Assembly (NCBI GenBank): GCA_000091205.1
Contig: AP006490.2
Reading direction: 5' to 3' (one strand)
DNA from: Cyanidioschyzon merolae
Lineage: Eukaryota
DNA: 64,000 bases
Part shown: piece after piece, positions 1 to 10,990 of the stretch
Numbering within the stretch: position 1 is the stretch's first letter
Layout of the letters: the number at the start of each line of letters is the position of its first letter
The notes under the pieces: generated by a model
Databases searched by the model: none
What the model was told of the DNA's origin: nothing
What the model saw: the letters and a program-made list of their open reading frames with translations, nothing else
Translations under genes and position numbers: made by a program

Positions 1-1856
1 CTCGCACTTTGTGACATCTAGGCCTGTATCGGGCAGCGCGACTTATTTTGCAAACGTTCAAGGTAGATGAAGTGAAAGACTTGGTCGTGGGGATGCATTC
101 CGGGCCGAAAGCGCGAAACTGCCGGTGCGGTATCCCAAAGTCGTGAGGAAGGAGCCAAACCCCTGAACGTAAACCAGAGGGAGCTATCCAGCATTTGCAT
201 TGCCCGGTATGATCGCGAGTTGGGCATCACGGATGCGCGAAGGCATAGCAAGGAGTGGAATGATGGCATCAGGGCCTCGTTCGTATGCTCTGAGCACCGT
301 ATCGAGCTAAGAGGTACGCTGTGTACGATTCATTCAGTGGGCACAAGGCATGTCCATGGCTCATGTGGACGAACTTTGGTTGAAGCATATAGGACGGCGC
401 TGGGGTCACCAACGCTTGCGGTTGGACAGAGACAGGAGGCACGCACTCGCGCCCTTCTTCGATGAGCTGGAAACCGACTTGACCGATACCTGGCGTTGTT
501 TCGTGAGAGCGCATAGCGCTGGACGGGCTGTAGCGTGCAAACGCTGCACTCCTGGTTTCATCGACGAGGTCCTCTAACGAGTGCAGGAATCAATTCTATT
601 CGATGCCCATCGATGTGTTCACGACGACGCGTATGCGTTAAGAGTCCGAATGCAGGCTGAAACCGCAATACTAGAATAGCACGAAACACAGCCGGATGCG
701 TTGGATGGTGCGTGATACACGCAGCAAATTTCTGATGGAGAGGCAGTCGCAGATGAGCCGCTTGCCACGGTGTGATGCCGCAAACCACCACGCGTACAAG
801 CACTATCTGCATCCAGACTCGAGCGCCGCGATCAACATCCGGAATTGTCTCGAGCCTCGGCAGCGTCCAATGACTTGGCGAATTTTCGAGCGAATCGTTT
901 CGTGCTCACCGTTGGCACTATGCTGAGACGCCGCGGATCGTAGAAGAAAAGATTAGTCATCAAGAAAGGCAGGCTTCGATTCTCGCCCACAGCTCGACAA
1001 TGCCATGGTACCGTCCAGCGATCCAGCAATGCTCGAGCGCCGCCCATATGTACACGAACCTCAAGGGCAAGTGGTGAAAAACAGCAGTGTCCTGGCATTC
1101 GAAATTAGTCAGTATACGCGGATCCTCTGGGATGATATTACCTGTGTTGACGATAATGCTGGATGAAAAACGAGTGCACCAGCGAGAGAGAACGATCATC
1201 ATGCATACGCACGGAAACGCAGTACCGCAAGGCACAGCGCTTTTCTACCGACGTGTCGTCGATCACGGGTAGACCTTGACCTAGCCAACGGGTGCTAGCG
1301 TTGCCTCCAGTCCAACCAATTCGTCACCGAAAATACCGGGACTTGGCCTCGTGCAAGCACTGAGAGTCACTTGGGGCTAGCATTGACCGCGAGCATGTTC
1401 ACGACCATACCGCATTCCTAGAGTGAACGATGCCTGCTTGAATGATCTGTTCTCTAAAATCTACCTCCCTTGTACTCCATCAACGAAACTGGTCCCTACT
1501 TCTGTATGTGTTCTTCTCTGTCAATCTTCGACTCGTATCCAGCTGCTGACATGAATGCAGTTGCGAACACAGGCAGAGTGCATGCGACCCAAGCCCGCTC
1601 GCTGCCGCATGCTCGTTCGCTTCGTCATCATCATCATCAGCGACATCGACATCAGCCTCTTGACACGACCTACAGGCTTCTACACTGAACCTGGTGCCGT
1701 TGTTGCACGGTGCTGGCCTAGTGGTGTTCCCGAGTATATCGGGGCGTGCTTGCATTAGTACCTTTTTAACTGCGCACAAGCCCGTGAGAGGCCCGGCGCT
1801 GTCGCCATAGACGCACGACACCTGAAACGTCCAGTCGAGAGCACGTCGTGTGACAA

Positions 1857-4619
1857 GTGCTCAGAGCGCTGCTCGCGAGGTTGATGTTTGGTCTTGACCT
1901 GGCCAATGTCTCCTCTTTGTGTTGCTCAGCTTCGATCAGTGCATGGATGATGCTTTTCGTTCGAGTCATGCGTATGGTGTATTGTATGCTAGCCGCGCAA
2001 CGACACGCTCCCTCAACAGGAGCCCAAGCAGGAAACATATGCAAGAAGTCAACGCGTTCCGTTCGACTGCTGCTACTACTGCTGCTCTGTTCTAGTCTGA
2101 TGGACCCACAAAGCGCTCCCGGCCACGGAACAGTGGTCAACAACGGTCTGTACCTGTTTAGAGAGGCTTATACACCGACTCCGCACGACTCACCCGAGTT
2201 TCCGAACGCAACGCTGCCGTCGGCATGGAAGCGCTTCAACTACCATACCTATAGCAGCATGGTGATCACGCTAGCACGCTTAGCGTATTCATATCCTGCT
2301 TTTGCTCGTCTGTACACGACACAGGCAGCATTTGGACTACCAGCAGCTGGCGAATCATGTTCTATCGACACGCACCAACCCATGAGCCAAGAGGCGTTAA
2401 CGGGACTCGACCAGAAGCAGCGCCTCGCTGTAAAGCGCCTCATCGAAGAGCTTCGCACCCAGGATGGTCTGTCACGCAACGCTTGCCGTGTATGGGTACT
2501 CGAGATCGCCGACAGGTCTTCGGTTGCCCAGGGATCCGTCGGAAGCGTGCTGGATCCTCCAGCGATTCTCATTTCTGGTGCATTGCACGGTGATGAGCGC
2601 ATTGGCCCGACTGCGGTTACAGAGCTTGCACGCGTGCTCCTCGAAGCAAGCCGGCTGCCTGCGGGTTCAGTGGACACTCATCGTTGGCGCGCCTCAGCTG
2701 CCGAAGAAGCCGACGGATCCATTTTCGGTAGCACTGCGGGTTCGCTGTCCTCGTGGCTGCGTTTCCTGGTCGGACACCGACGTATCACCATTGTGCCTGC
2801 AGCCAATGCGATAGGGTTCGCGCTCGGCGAACGCACCGAACTGGGTGTCGATCCAAATCGGGACTTTCCCTGGAATCAGCCATACGGGGCGTCATGTTTG
2901 GAAAGCGTTGCCGCTCGCTCCATTCATGAACTCGTTTTAGCAAATACTTACCAAATGATGCTGACGTTTCACGGTGGAACAACGGTAATTGGTTACGAAT
3001 GGGGCGACCTGACGCATTGCCCTGAGCAGCAGTATTGCCGTCGCAACTCGCCAGCCCCAGATATAATTGCCATGCAAACGATTGCTTACGCTTTGCGATT
3101 GCATGCGGGGAACGGGACGCGTTATGGGGCGCGACCCTTTGACATCGGGACAATGGGCGATACCGTTTATCCGGTGGCAGGTGGAATGGAGGACTGGGCG
3201 TACGGCGCATCGGCCCCGGTGCAGACGTCACTTGTCTCGATTTGTAACGCGAGCCGATACGGCGGCTATGCACCCGTTAAAGTGCAGGCAGTGCGGCAGC
3301 TCCCCGTAGCGCGCATGATTGCCCTGCTCATCGAAACCGCTGATGATAAGCAACCTTCTGTGGAGACATTGGGCGTTCGACCGTTGGGCGCTGCCGGCAA
3401 TGCCCCCTGGCAGGCCGACGTTCGACTCATCACCGAAACGCCAACAGTGTCCGCGGATGGCTCGGAGTCAGATTCTGAACTGGTTGTCGAAGGGCACGTG
3501 TGGCGGAACTTGCGCCTCGCACTCCAGGCTATCGATATCCTGCAACCGTATGCGGCATTCACACGGTATCCCGGCGATGGACGAACGCAAGCAGCGGACA
3601 ACGCGACGGCCGCATCAATAGTCTGTTGGCGGGTCGGTGGAGCATACCACGTTGCTGAGACGCAGTTGCAAGGATGGTACGACTCTGGGGCTGCAGCGAG
3701 GATACGGCAGAATCAGGACAGTGCCCCGGACTTTGTGAGCGAGGCCTTCATAGACGCGTCTCCCGATCCGGTACCTTTCTTTCCAGCTGTTCGACTAGGA
3801 CAGGGTACCCGCTGGTCTCCTGATAATCATGGAGGTCGCGAGTTTTGTGTGAACCTCCAGCAGCAGCAGCAGCAGCAGCAGCAACCGTTCACCGGAGCAA
3901 AGCGTCCGCCACGGGGCTCCAGCATCCTGCTGCGCGTGCGCTTCCAGGCCGACGTCGACTGGGGTCGCTTACCGCCGAGTACGCTCGGAGCGCAGCCACC
4001 AAACACCAGGCCCTGGAGTTTTCTCGCCCAAAGTCGTGTGGAGTACAACTCTAACTCCACTAAATTTGCTGACGAGCGTCCGTCCACGTCCGAAGAAGAC
4101 GGTGTCGCTCGGGGCACAAACTGGTTCTCACGTGGACTCCACTGCCGAGCGTCTGAGGTGAGCACAGGGCATCAGCCGCAAGTCTGGACCTGCGTGCACA
4201 GTGAAGTCGCTAGAGGAACCGAATTAGGCGAGTCAGGGGCCATGTCCGGCTGGAGCAAGCTTTTGTTGGCGATCTCCGTCTTCCTCCTGGCGCCAGGGTC
4301 GTTTCCGCTGCTCCTGTTTCTCAGCTTTCTACTTTGGCGTCTGGTGCGAGGCCAGTCTGTGCATCCCGCTGAGGTATGGTTTGAGGCACGTCAACGAATG
4401 GAGATGTGGATGCAGGGACTAAGGGCGTTGGGACGGGCGCGAGGCCCAAGTGGAACTCGAGTTTCTGGGTCGTTTGCGCGTTCCACTGACCTCGACGACA
4501 CGAAACGCCGTATGCTTTCGCCGACAGCCAGCAGCGCCGCCGCAGCCGAGCGAGACGCTAGCAGCAGTGCACATGACCTGGACTTGGAGGCGAGCACGCG
4601 GCGCCCAGACAGGCCCTGA
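1857..4619 (+). CDS. Secreted M14 zinc carboxypeptidase. The catalytic domain is in the first ~480 aa. It is fused in the same ORF to a ~440-aa low-complexity C-terminal extension containing a Q9 tract and a hydrophobic TM-like segment. The true start is probably the ATG near 1986, which precedes a signal-peptide-like 'RSVRLLLLLLLCSSL'.
   Basis: M14 motifs read directly in the translation: zinc-ligand 'LHGDERIG' (HxxE), 'GVDPNRDFPW' (cf. GVDLNRNF), 'FHGGTTVIGYEWGD' (second His region), 'GGMEDWAY', 'LLIETADDK' (catalytic Glu region). The N-terminal 'YHTYSSMVITLARLAYSYPAFARLYT' is typical of the family. The C-terminal half has no recognisable domain. Confidence 0.7.
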   Translation: MLRALLARLMFGLDLANVSSLCCSASISAWMMLFVRVMRMVYCMLAAQRHAPSTGAQAGNICKKSTRSVRLLLLLLLCSSLMDPQSAPGHGTVVNNGLYLFREAYTPTPHDSPEFPNATLPSAWKRFNYHTYSSMVITLARLAYSYPAFARLYTTQAAFGLPAAGESCSIDTHQPMSQEALTGLDQKQRLAVKRLIEELRTQDGLSRNACRVWVLEIADRSSVAQGSVGSVLDPPAILISGALHGDERIGPTAVTELARVLLEASRLPAGSVDTHRWRASAAEEADGSIFGSTAGSLSSWLRFLVGHRRITIVPAANAIGFALGERTELGVDPNRDFPWNQPYGASCLESVAARSIHELVLANTYQMMLTFHGGTTVIGYEWGDLTHCPEQQYCRRNSPAPDIIAMQTIAYALRLHAGNGTRYGARPFDIGTMGDTVYPVAGGMEDWAYGASAPVQTSLVSICNASRYGGYAPVKVQAVRQLPVARMIALLIETADDKQPSVETLGVRPLGAAGNAPWQADVRLITETPTVSADGSESDSELVVEGHVWRNLRLALQAIDILQPYAAFTRYPGDGRTQAADNATAASIVCWRVGGAYHVAETQLQGWYDSGAAARIRQNQDSAPDFVSEAFIDASPDPVPFFPAVRLGQGTRWSPDNHGGREFCVNLQQQQQQQQQPFTGAKRPPRGSSILLRVRFQADVDWGRLPPSTLGAQPPNTRPWSFLAQSRVEYNSNSTKFADERPSTSEEDGVARGTNWFSRGLHCRASEVSTGHQPQVWTCVHSEVARGTELGESGAMSGWSKLLLAISVFLLAPGSFPLLLFLSFLLWRLVRGQSVHPAEVWFEARQRMEMWMQGLRALGRARGPSGTRVSGSFARSTDLDDTKRRMLSPTASSAAAAERDASSSAHDLDLEASTRRPDRP
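3858..3884 (+). repeat. (CAG)8-CAA microsatellite encoding a Q9 tract inside the carboxypeptidase ORF.
   Basis: Direct reading 'cagcagcagcagcagcagcagcagcaa'. The antisense frame gives poly-Cys, which is an artefact. Confidence 0.9.
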
Positions 4620-7109
4620 AATGCGTCCAATTGTATGCACTGCATTGCTTGTATTTATCGTCACATAACGTGACGAGTTACGCAGGAGTTTTCGCCACGT
4701 GTACCCGGGTATGTTTGGGCCGGATACCCGGAGACCGCACTTTGCTTGTATTTCACGGTATATATTGAAAGATGGAGGGCGATGCGCGGAGCGCTCCCGG
4801 AGTCGTAACTACATTCATTTCGCGGACTTGTTGTTGGTGTCATGAAACCGCTTCAGGTCAGTTGCCGCATGCCTGCGGACGACGTGTCGCTCGGGTGGTT
4901 GCCCGAGTAGCGCCGCGATACGCCCGCTCCTGGTGCGCATCGCCAGTGGAGGCGTTTCCATTTGGGTTGTACTCCTGCTCGAGTGATCCACGGCGATGAC
5001 AGGTATCCAAAGTGCTCACGTAAGAGTGACTTGCATGGATGAATGATGATGGTGAAGTGCTGCGATGCGTCGGAAGCACCGTTGTCCGTCTGAATCGTGT
5101 GCGCTGCTTTCGTTCTGGCTGGAGCGGAATGATCTATTTCGGGAAGGAATACGCGCAGTATCGCTGGGGCCGCTGCAGACCTCGCTTCGATAGATGCTGG
5201 CGCGTTACTTGCGTTTTCTTGTACGACATACCCGAGAATACTTTCGATGCTGCAACGTCGAAGACGTAGAAATGCTGCAGCAACTATTCGTGTTGCTGTT
5301 GCTGTGTAGGCGTCTTTGTGTACAGCCAGGCTTGTGCGCCCGTGTTCGTCATCGTCGATCGAGGCATGTACACAACCATTCTTTTGGACCAAACGCTCCA
5401 CTTATGTGACGGGTACCGATCCGAGCAAGGATTCCTGGAAGCATGTGCGTGCATACGCGGGCTCTCTTCCGGTCTCGTGACCAGACGGTCGTCCAGTGGG
5501 ATGCTGGTACCGCAATCAGCGCCGCAGTGCTTGCGAGCGGCTCGCATGCATCCAAACTCGTTCGCCGTTCACGATATCATGCCATGGTGCGATGGAAATT
5601 AATTCTTCATCGTCTTCAATACGGCTAGGAATTAAGCTGGGGTACGGATACGCTGCTGGCGAGCGCGTTTCAGCGGACGTTTGGCTCACACGCTGACGCT
5701 GCTCATTCAACGGTACATGTGCCCGACGCGCCTGCACTCGCGACAGCGGCGCGCTGTAGCGAGCGGCTTGCCACGAGATGCCAAGTCGCGCACAGCAGTA
5801 GAACGCTGACGTGCTGCAACGACTCGTAGACGCTGGGCCCGCGCATTCGCCCTGCACCGTCGTACCAGAGCAGGCGCAGGGACGCGTCCGGATGCAGGGT
5901 GTTGAACGTACGAGCGTTTTCCAAAAATATACAGAAATGTTCCGTTTGTGCTAGATGAACAAGGAATACCAGGCGTGTACTGTCGCCCGATCGGTGCTTG
6001 CGAGCCACATCCAGTAGGGAAAAAATGTACATAAATGTGCTGTATTGTCTAGACACCCTGATGACACTTGGCATGCCCGCTGCCTCGTTGCCATTTGGAC
6101 CGGGAAGCGCGGAACGGCGGGCGCGCAGACACCATGCCTTGCCCGCCTGGCATCAGCGCTAGCAGCGCAGGTGCGGGTGACGTCTTTGAACTCGAGTATG
6201 GTCTGCCGCCGCTTTCTGCAATCGAATGCATTTTCGCATTGTATACCATTAGATCGAAATGAGCATGCCGTGTACCGAACAGAACGTAGACATGTTGCCT
6301 GCAGAAAATGTTCTGCAATGAACAGTGCAACGAGGACTGCATTCTTCACTCTATTCAGTCGTACTGCAGTGCTCTGATGGTTGAGGAATATTGAAAGAAA
6401 GAAGGATATGCGCTCCGTGCCAAAAAAGATAGGCTTAAAGACTGATTGCGTTCAATCGTGGAACAACGATGCGTTCATCAACTTATGGAACGCAAAATCG
6501 ACGATAGCAACGGCAACGAGTGTCTCCGGTTCTGATCAGATTGTCCATGTTCTATTAAAAACACTGGAACACAGTCCCAAAAATACTTCTGTTTCACGCA
6601 CGGGCATCTTCCACCAAAGTCGTGACGATAGCGTTCCTGGAACGTTACGATCGGTATGAAGCGCAAGGACGTAGGGTTATGTTTTCAGTCGGTGAGACTC
6701 GCTTCGGACGAACCGTTCGGAGCGTATACGGGAATTTGCGGAGCACGGAGCCCGTTCTATGCACGATCGAGCTCGAAGAGAAGGCTCATACATCAGCACT
6801 CACTCTCTCGAATCAATGAAGGATTTTGCCGGACGTCTGACGACCTTGCTCTACTGGACAACGTCGCATTTCACCATTTCCCTTCGCTTTGGAGCTTTTT
6901 GCCGATGCAGTCGGGGTAGAGCTGCTTTTCATTTATGTGCACGCTTCGTGGTCGAACCGCATCAAATGAGTTGTTTCTGTCATGAAACGTAATGATCGCT
7001 TCACTGGTCGAATCCCTGGACCATTCAGTATAGCGTGAAACACTGGGACACTAGTCGTCATTCCTGCGCAAGTCCGTCTCCGCCGGGAAGGACCTCACCA
7101 AGGTCCATA

Positions 7110-7585
7110 AAGAAGTGCGTTCACTATGAAGAAATAAGAAATCCAAGGGGTGAGCTGGGGTGCAAAGTCCTGCAGGTCGAGATGGCTAAAAAGCAGCGGA
7201 GCCCTGATGATATATAGAAAAGTATGGAGCGCTGAGAGAAGAGGAAACGAAGGGATGGCGCAAGTTCGAGGACTACTCGCACTGGCGGGTTTAAGCGGCG
7301 AGGGCAATAAACACGTGGAGTTCGTGAACCGAGACTTGAAAGCTGCTATCAATATCAGGAGATGCACGGTGCTGGAATGGAGACCTCCGGAGCTAACACG
7401 ATCCATCTCTGTAGGACAAACTTTTAAGGTGGAATTATACGATAATGTGTTGAAATCAGTTGTAGGCGGCCGGTCCAAGACGACGGAAACACGTCTGTAC
7501 GTCAGTCGGAGACGTTTTGTCTAGGGCGCTGGTCGCCTGCTACTGTACACCGTTGGCGTCGTTCGACTTTAGAACGGCGTTTGTC
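7110..7585 (+). mobile_element. Family-I Fanzor/TnpB-like element, 3' fragment (copy A). It covers the zinc-finger-like region, the RuvC-III motif and the conserved 3' terminal block, and is degenerate.
   Basis: The translation 'RGELGCKVLQVEMAKKQRSPDDI ... AQVRGLLALAGLSGEGNKHVEFVNRDLKAAINIRRCTVLEWRPPELTRS...VVGGRSKTTETRLYVSRRRFV*' matches copies B and C. It ends in the shared block 'ctagggcg...ctactgtacaccgttggcgtcgttcgact'. Stops and frameshifts are present. Confidence 0.6.
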
Positions 7586-8178
7586 GTTCGTGTGCAGTCG
7601 TCGATGTACGGGTTAGGCTCTCGAAACTAATCGTATAGAGTAGACCTGAATACAGTACGCGCTTTTGTCAAGTGCCTCGATCGTGCCAGGCGAGATGCAA
7701 GGCTCAAACCTCATGGCAGACATGGACGCTACCTGTGTGCACTGCCTCTGCCAAGATCGCCGGATCCGGAGGACGAAGCAGGCACCATAACTTGGACAAC
7801 GACAGCAGCATGGAATTGAATTGAACTGCCAGCAGTTCCAGAACATAACACGGGATAGAAGCAAAATTCAGGTCAGTTCCTTAATCCGGCGTCCGTGCGG
7901 CATGCATAAGAAGCATAGGGATGAAACGTATATCCGTGTTCAGGAACACCACCGTACGTTGTTTGGTTACGATCAATAAAACTAACGAAATTCCTAATGA
8001 GTAGAGCGATGCACACCTCATCCGCACGAGCGTAGGATACTACGATGGCTACGCTTTTGATTGAAGCGTCGAGAGGAATCGTGTCAGGCGCCTGCATCCC
8101 CTTGTATGTCAGGGCGGTACTGCGATGGGCGGGAGCGTCGGCACCAGCGACATAGCCTATAACAGGAGATCGTTCTGC

Positions 8179-10975
8179 GTGAGTTTCCGATCTAGGACAC
8201 TTGCTTTCCGCTGCAGCGCGATGCGAACACGCATGTGCCAATGCGGGGTGTCGGACACGTGTCCTTCATCGATCGGTGAGGCGTCTCGCGCGGTGCACGC
8301 ATCGCGCTCGGTGAGTGCACCTCGTAGATCGGGCAGTCAACTGACACGATGCGCATGCCGCCGTTGAAGAGTAACGCGATTGGGATCAGTAGCGTGTAGC
8401 TGTAACGTAAAAGCTGGATTTCAGGTGAGGTCTTAGCCAAGTACAGTCTTTCAGTTCATTTTTGTTTCAGCCCTCAAACAAGTGTATTCAAGTGTTTTTT
8501 TCGCAGTGTATAACAGAAGCGTTCAAAGAGCGTTCTTGTTCAAAAAAACTAAAAAAGGAAAGATATGAAAAAGCAAGTCGACGATCCTGGAGGCACAGGG
8601 TCGCCGGCTGCCAGAAAAAAAAACAAAAATCAGTACCGAGTCCAGAGGAAAAGGAGGAGAAGAGGAAGGACCGAAATGGGGAGGTCCTACGTCGAAGGCG
8701 ACAAGAAAGACGACTTTACGACCAGATGGTGGATAAAAGCTGTCTTCTTAAACATATCTATGATCCCTACAGGGAAAAGTTGCGAGACGCTATCAAAGAA
8801 CGTGTTGCGTCATACTCGAAGAGTATTGTCAAGGCGTCATCAGGACTAGTGCATTTGGCGAGGGAGATGTATCGCGACGTGGCGCACATGGAAACGGTCG
8901 AGATTCCGGACGAGTTTTTCGACAAGACCTGTATTCGTCACCTGATGGTTGGTAGCGAGGAAGCGCGGAGGGAAAATATGCTATTGCATGCCCTGCACGA
9001 AAACATCGCGGAATTCTGCTTCGAGGGTACCCCATTCAGGGGTGACCCGGATATTTACACATACGGGGCGATGAAGTACCTCACGAACCTGAAGAACCTT
9101 TTGACAATGAACCTGGACCGTTTCGTAGTACGCGCCGTATTTTTGTGCTCTACCCGCGCGTCTCTCGCAACGGGATATGGACAATTTCAATGCCATCACG
9201 AAAGATCGTAAGCATGAATATGAGGTCGAATTTGTCGACAAGAAGCCGTCACGCAGGAGAGCAAATGATGATTCCGTCATCCGTTTGGTCATACAAGAGC
9301 ACCGTGCGGTACTGGGGTTGGCGAATCCAACAGAAAGGATATCAGAGTTAAAAAACGATAAGGAAAGATACGATCGCCTCATTCTGCGGTATTTAGTGCT
9401 TCTAGACCTAGAACTTGAATGCAAGGCAGAGATGAAGCTGAGTGGGGAAAAATGAAGAGTGGGAGAGACGGAAGGCTTTCCTTATGGGTAAGCGCTTCAA
9501 CGTCGTACCAGTGTGCAACATCAAGTCGCATTTTGTGACCGTCGACTCCATAGTCCTTTACAGCATCATGATGGAGATCAGTCCGGAGTTGAATGTTAGC
9601 AGGGAGGAGTTCACCGGCGAAAACCGGGAGACGTACTGGAAGAGCATCTTCGATTTCAAACGTCTCAAAGTAAGCAAACAAAAGGTATTCACTGGGATGA
9701 TCGAAACCGATGGAGTAGCCATGTGTGTACACTCTCGGCGGTTGAAGAAAGATCGTCCTGGCCCGCCTTTGGCTTCGCCCGTGACGAAGGATGAAGAAAA
9801 CAAAGAGGAGGATCCTGCGATGTAGGAGGTAGTGGGCAACAACGTTGCCGTTGACGTGACGAAGTATGAAGATGAGAAGGAGGCGGAACCTGCGACGCAG
9901 GAGGTGGAGGATAACGACCTTGTCGTTGCCGCGGCGAAGTATGAAGATAAGAAGGAGGCGGATCCTGTGATGCAGGAGGTGGAGGATGACGACTTTGCCG
10001 TTGGCGCGGACCCCGGAAACACAAATATCATCACCATCGCAGCACCGAAGCGTGCGGAAGATGGTACTGGCGGCAACTTACGCCAGAAAGACATGTGACT
10101 TTTGAGGTTCTCGAGCGCGAAATACTATCGAGAATCGGGAATAATGAATGCGAGGAAACAATTCGAGATATGGTATGCAGGAGTGAAAGCGCATTTGAAG
10201 CGATCAGCCAGGTGACGAGCCGTGGAACGAACTTTGAAGCTTTTCGGATATTCGTGAAAGTTCGTGTTGCCCATTTGGAGGCGCTGTGGAAAGAGTATAT
10301 AAAGCCCAGATGGGCTCGTTTGCGTATGAATCTGTACTGTGGTAAGCAGCGTGCGTTCGCGAACTTTTTCAATCATTTGAGCACCCTGAAAGAGGACAAG
10401 ACTCAAAGGCTCGAAGTAGCGTATGGGGAGGGGCGCTGGCTCACCCAAAAAGGGTACACACCAGTTCCAACGACAAGAACTTACTAGGAGTGCGCAAGGC
10501 GTTTCGTTACGGTACCGATCGATGAGTTTCGAACATCGTACACACACCACGAGCTGGGGTGTACACTTCAGTGGGTCGAGATGGAAAAGTGTCAGCGGAG
10601 CTCTGAAAATACAAAAAAGTACGGACCGCTGACGGAAGAGCAAATGGAAAGGAGGGCGAAAGTTCGAGGGCTACTCGCATTAGTAAGTACAGTCAGTGGC
10701 AAGAAACGTATCGAGTTTGTGAATCGTGACTTTACCGCAGCTATCAACAGAACGAGATGTGCGGTGATGGAAGGTAGACCGCCAGACTAGACAAGAGAGA
10801 ACTTTGTTGGACAACCTCTCAAAGTGGAATCATATGAGACAAACTTGAAACAAGTAGTAGGTGGCCCGTCGAAACAGACTGGCACGCGTCTGCACTTCAG
10901 TTGGAGCCGTTTTGACTAGGGCGGGTCACTCGCCACTACTGTATACGGTCGGCGTCGTTCGACTTGCGAACGGCA
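8179..10975 (+). mobile_element. Family-I Fanzor/TnpB-like element, full-length but degenerate (copy B). It has a ~385-bp 5' leader, a ~2.35-kb nuclease ORF broken into at least six frames, and a conserved ~60-bp 3' terminal block. The right end lies ~63 bp upstream of the VAMP7-like ATG.
   Basis: Nucleotide and protein collinearity with the inverted copy at 45852-48498 over the whole length, including the non-coding leader (8179-8565 vs revcomp 48115-48498). Boundaries are set where similarity to the other copies stops: 'cgtgagtttcc...' on the left and '...gtcgttcgact' on the right. Confidence 0.7.
8565..10917 (+). pseudogene. Fanzor/TnpB-like RNA-guided endonuclease pseudogene (copy B). It starts 'MKKQVDDPGGTGSPAARKKNKNQYRVQRKRRRRG...' with an NLS-like basic cluster and is interrupted by several frameshifts and stops.
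   Basis: The segments collinear with TnpB are a RuvC-I-like '[24 protein letters not shown]' (cf. 'GIDLGxxxxaTxS'), a RuvC-II region '...RLEVAYGEGRW...', a 'PIDEFRTSYTHHELGC' block (cf. 'VdpaYTSQtCsxCG') and RuvC-III 'KRIEFVNRDFTAAINRTRC' (cf. 'DRDxNAAxNI'). Confidence 0.65.
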
Positions 10976-10990
10976 TTCTCTAGCGGTGCC
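10880..10990 (+). ncRNA. Candidate omega-RNA / right-end scaffold of family I. It spans the 3' end of the nuclease ORF plus the conserved terminal block. This is hypothetical.
   Basis: The ~60 bp immediately after the stop codon is conserved in all three copies: 'ctagggcgNNNNNNNcactactgta(c/t)acggtcgg(c/g)gtcgttcgact'. In TnpB/Fanzor systems the guide RNA is encoded at exactly this position. No expression data are available. Confidence 0.2.
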
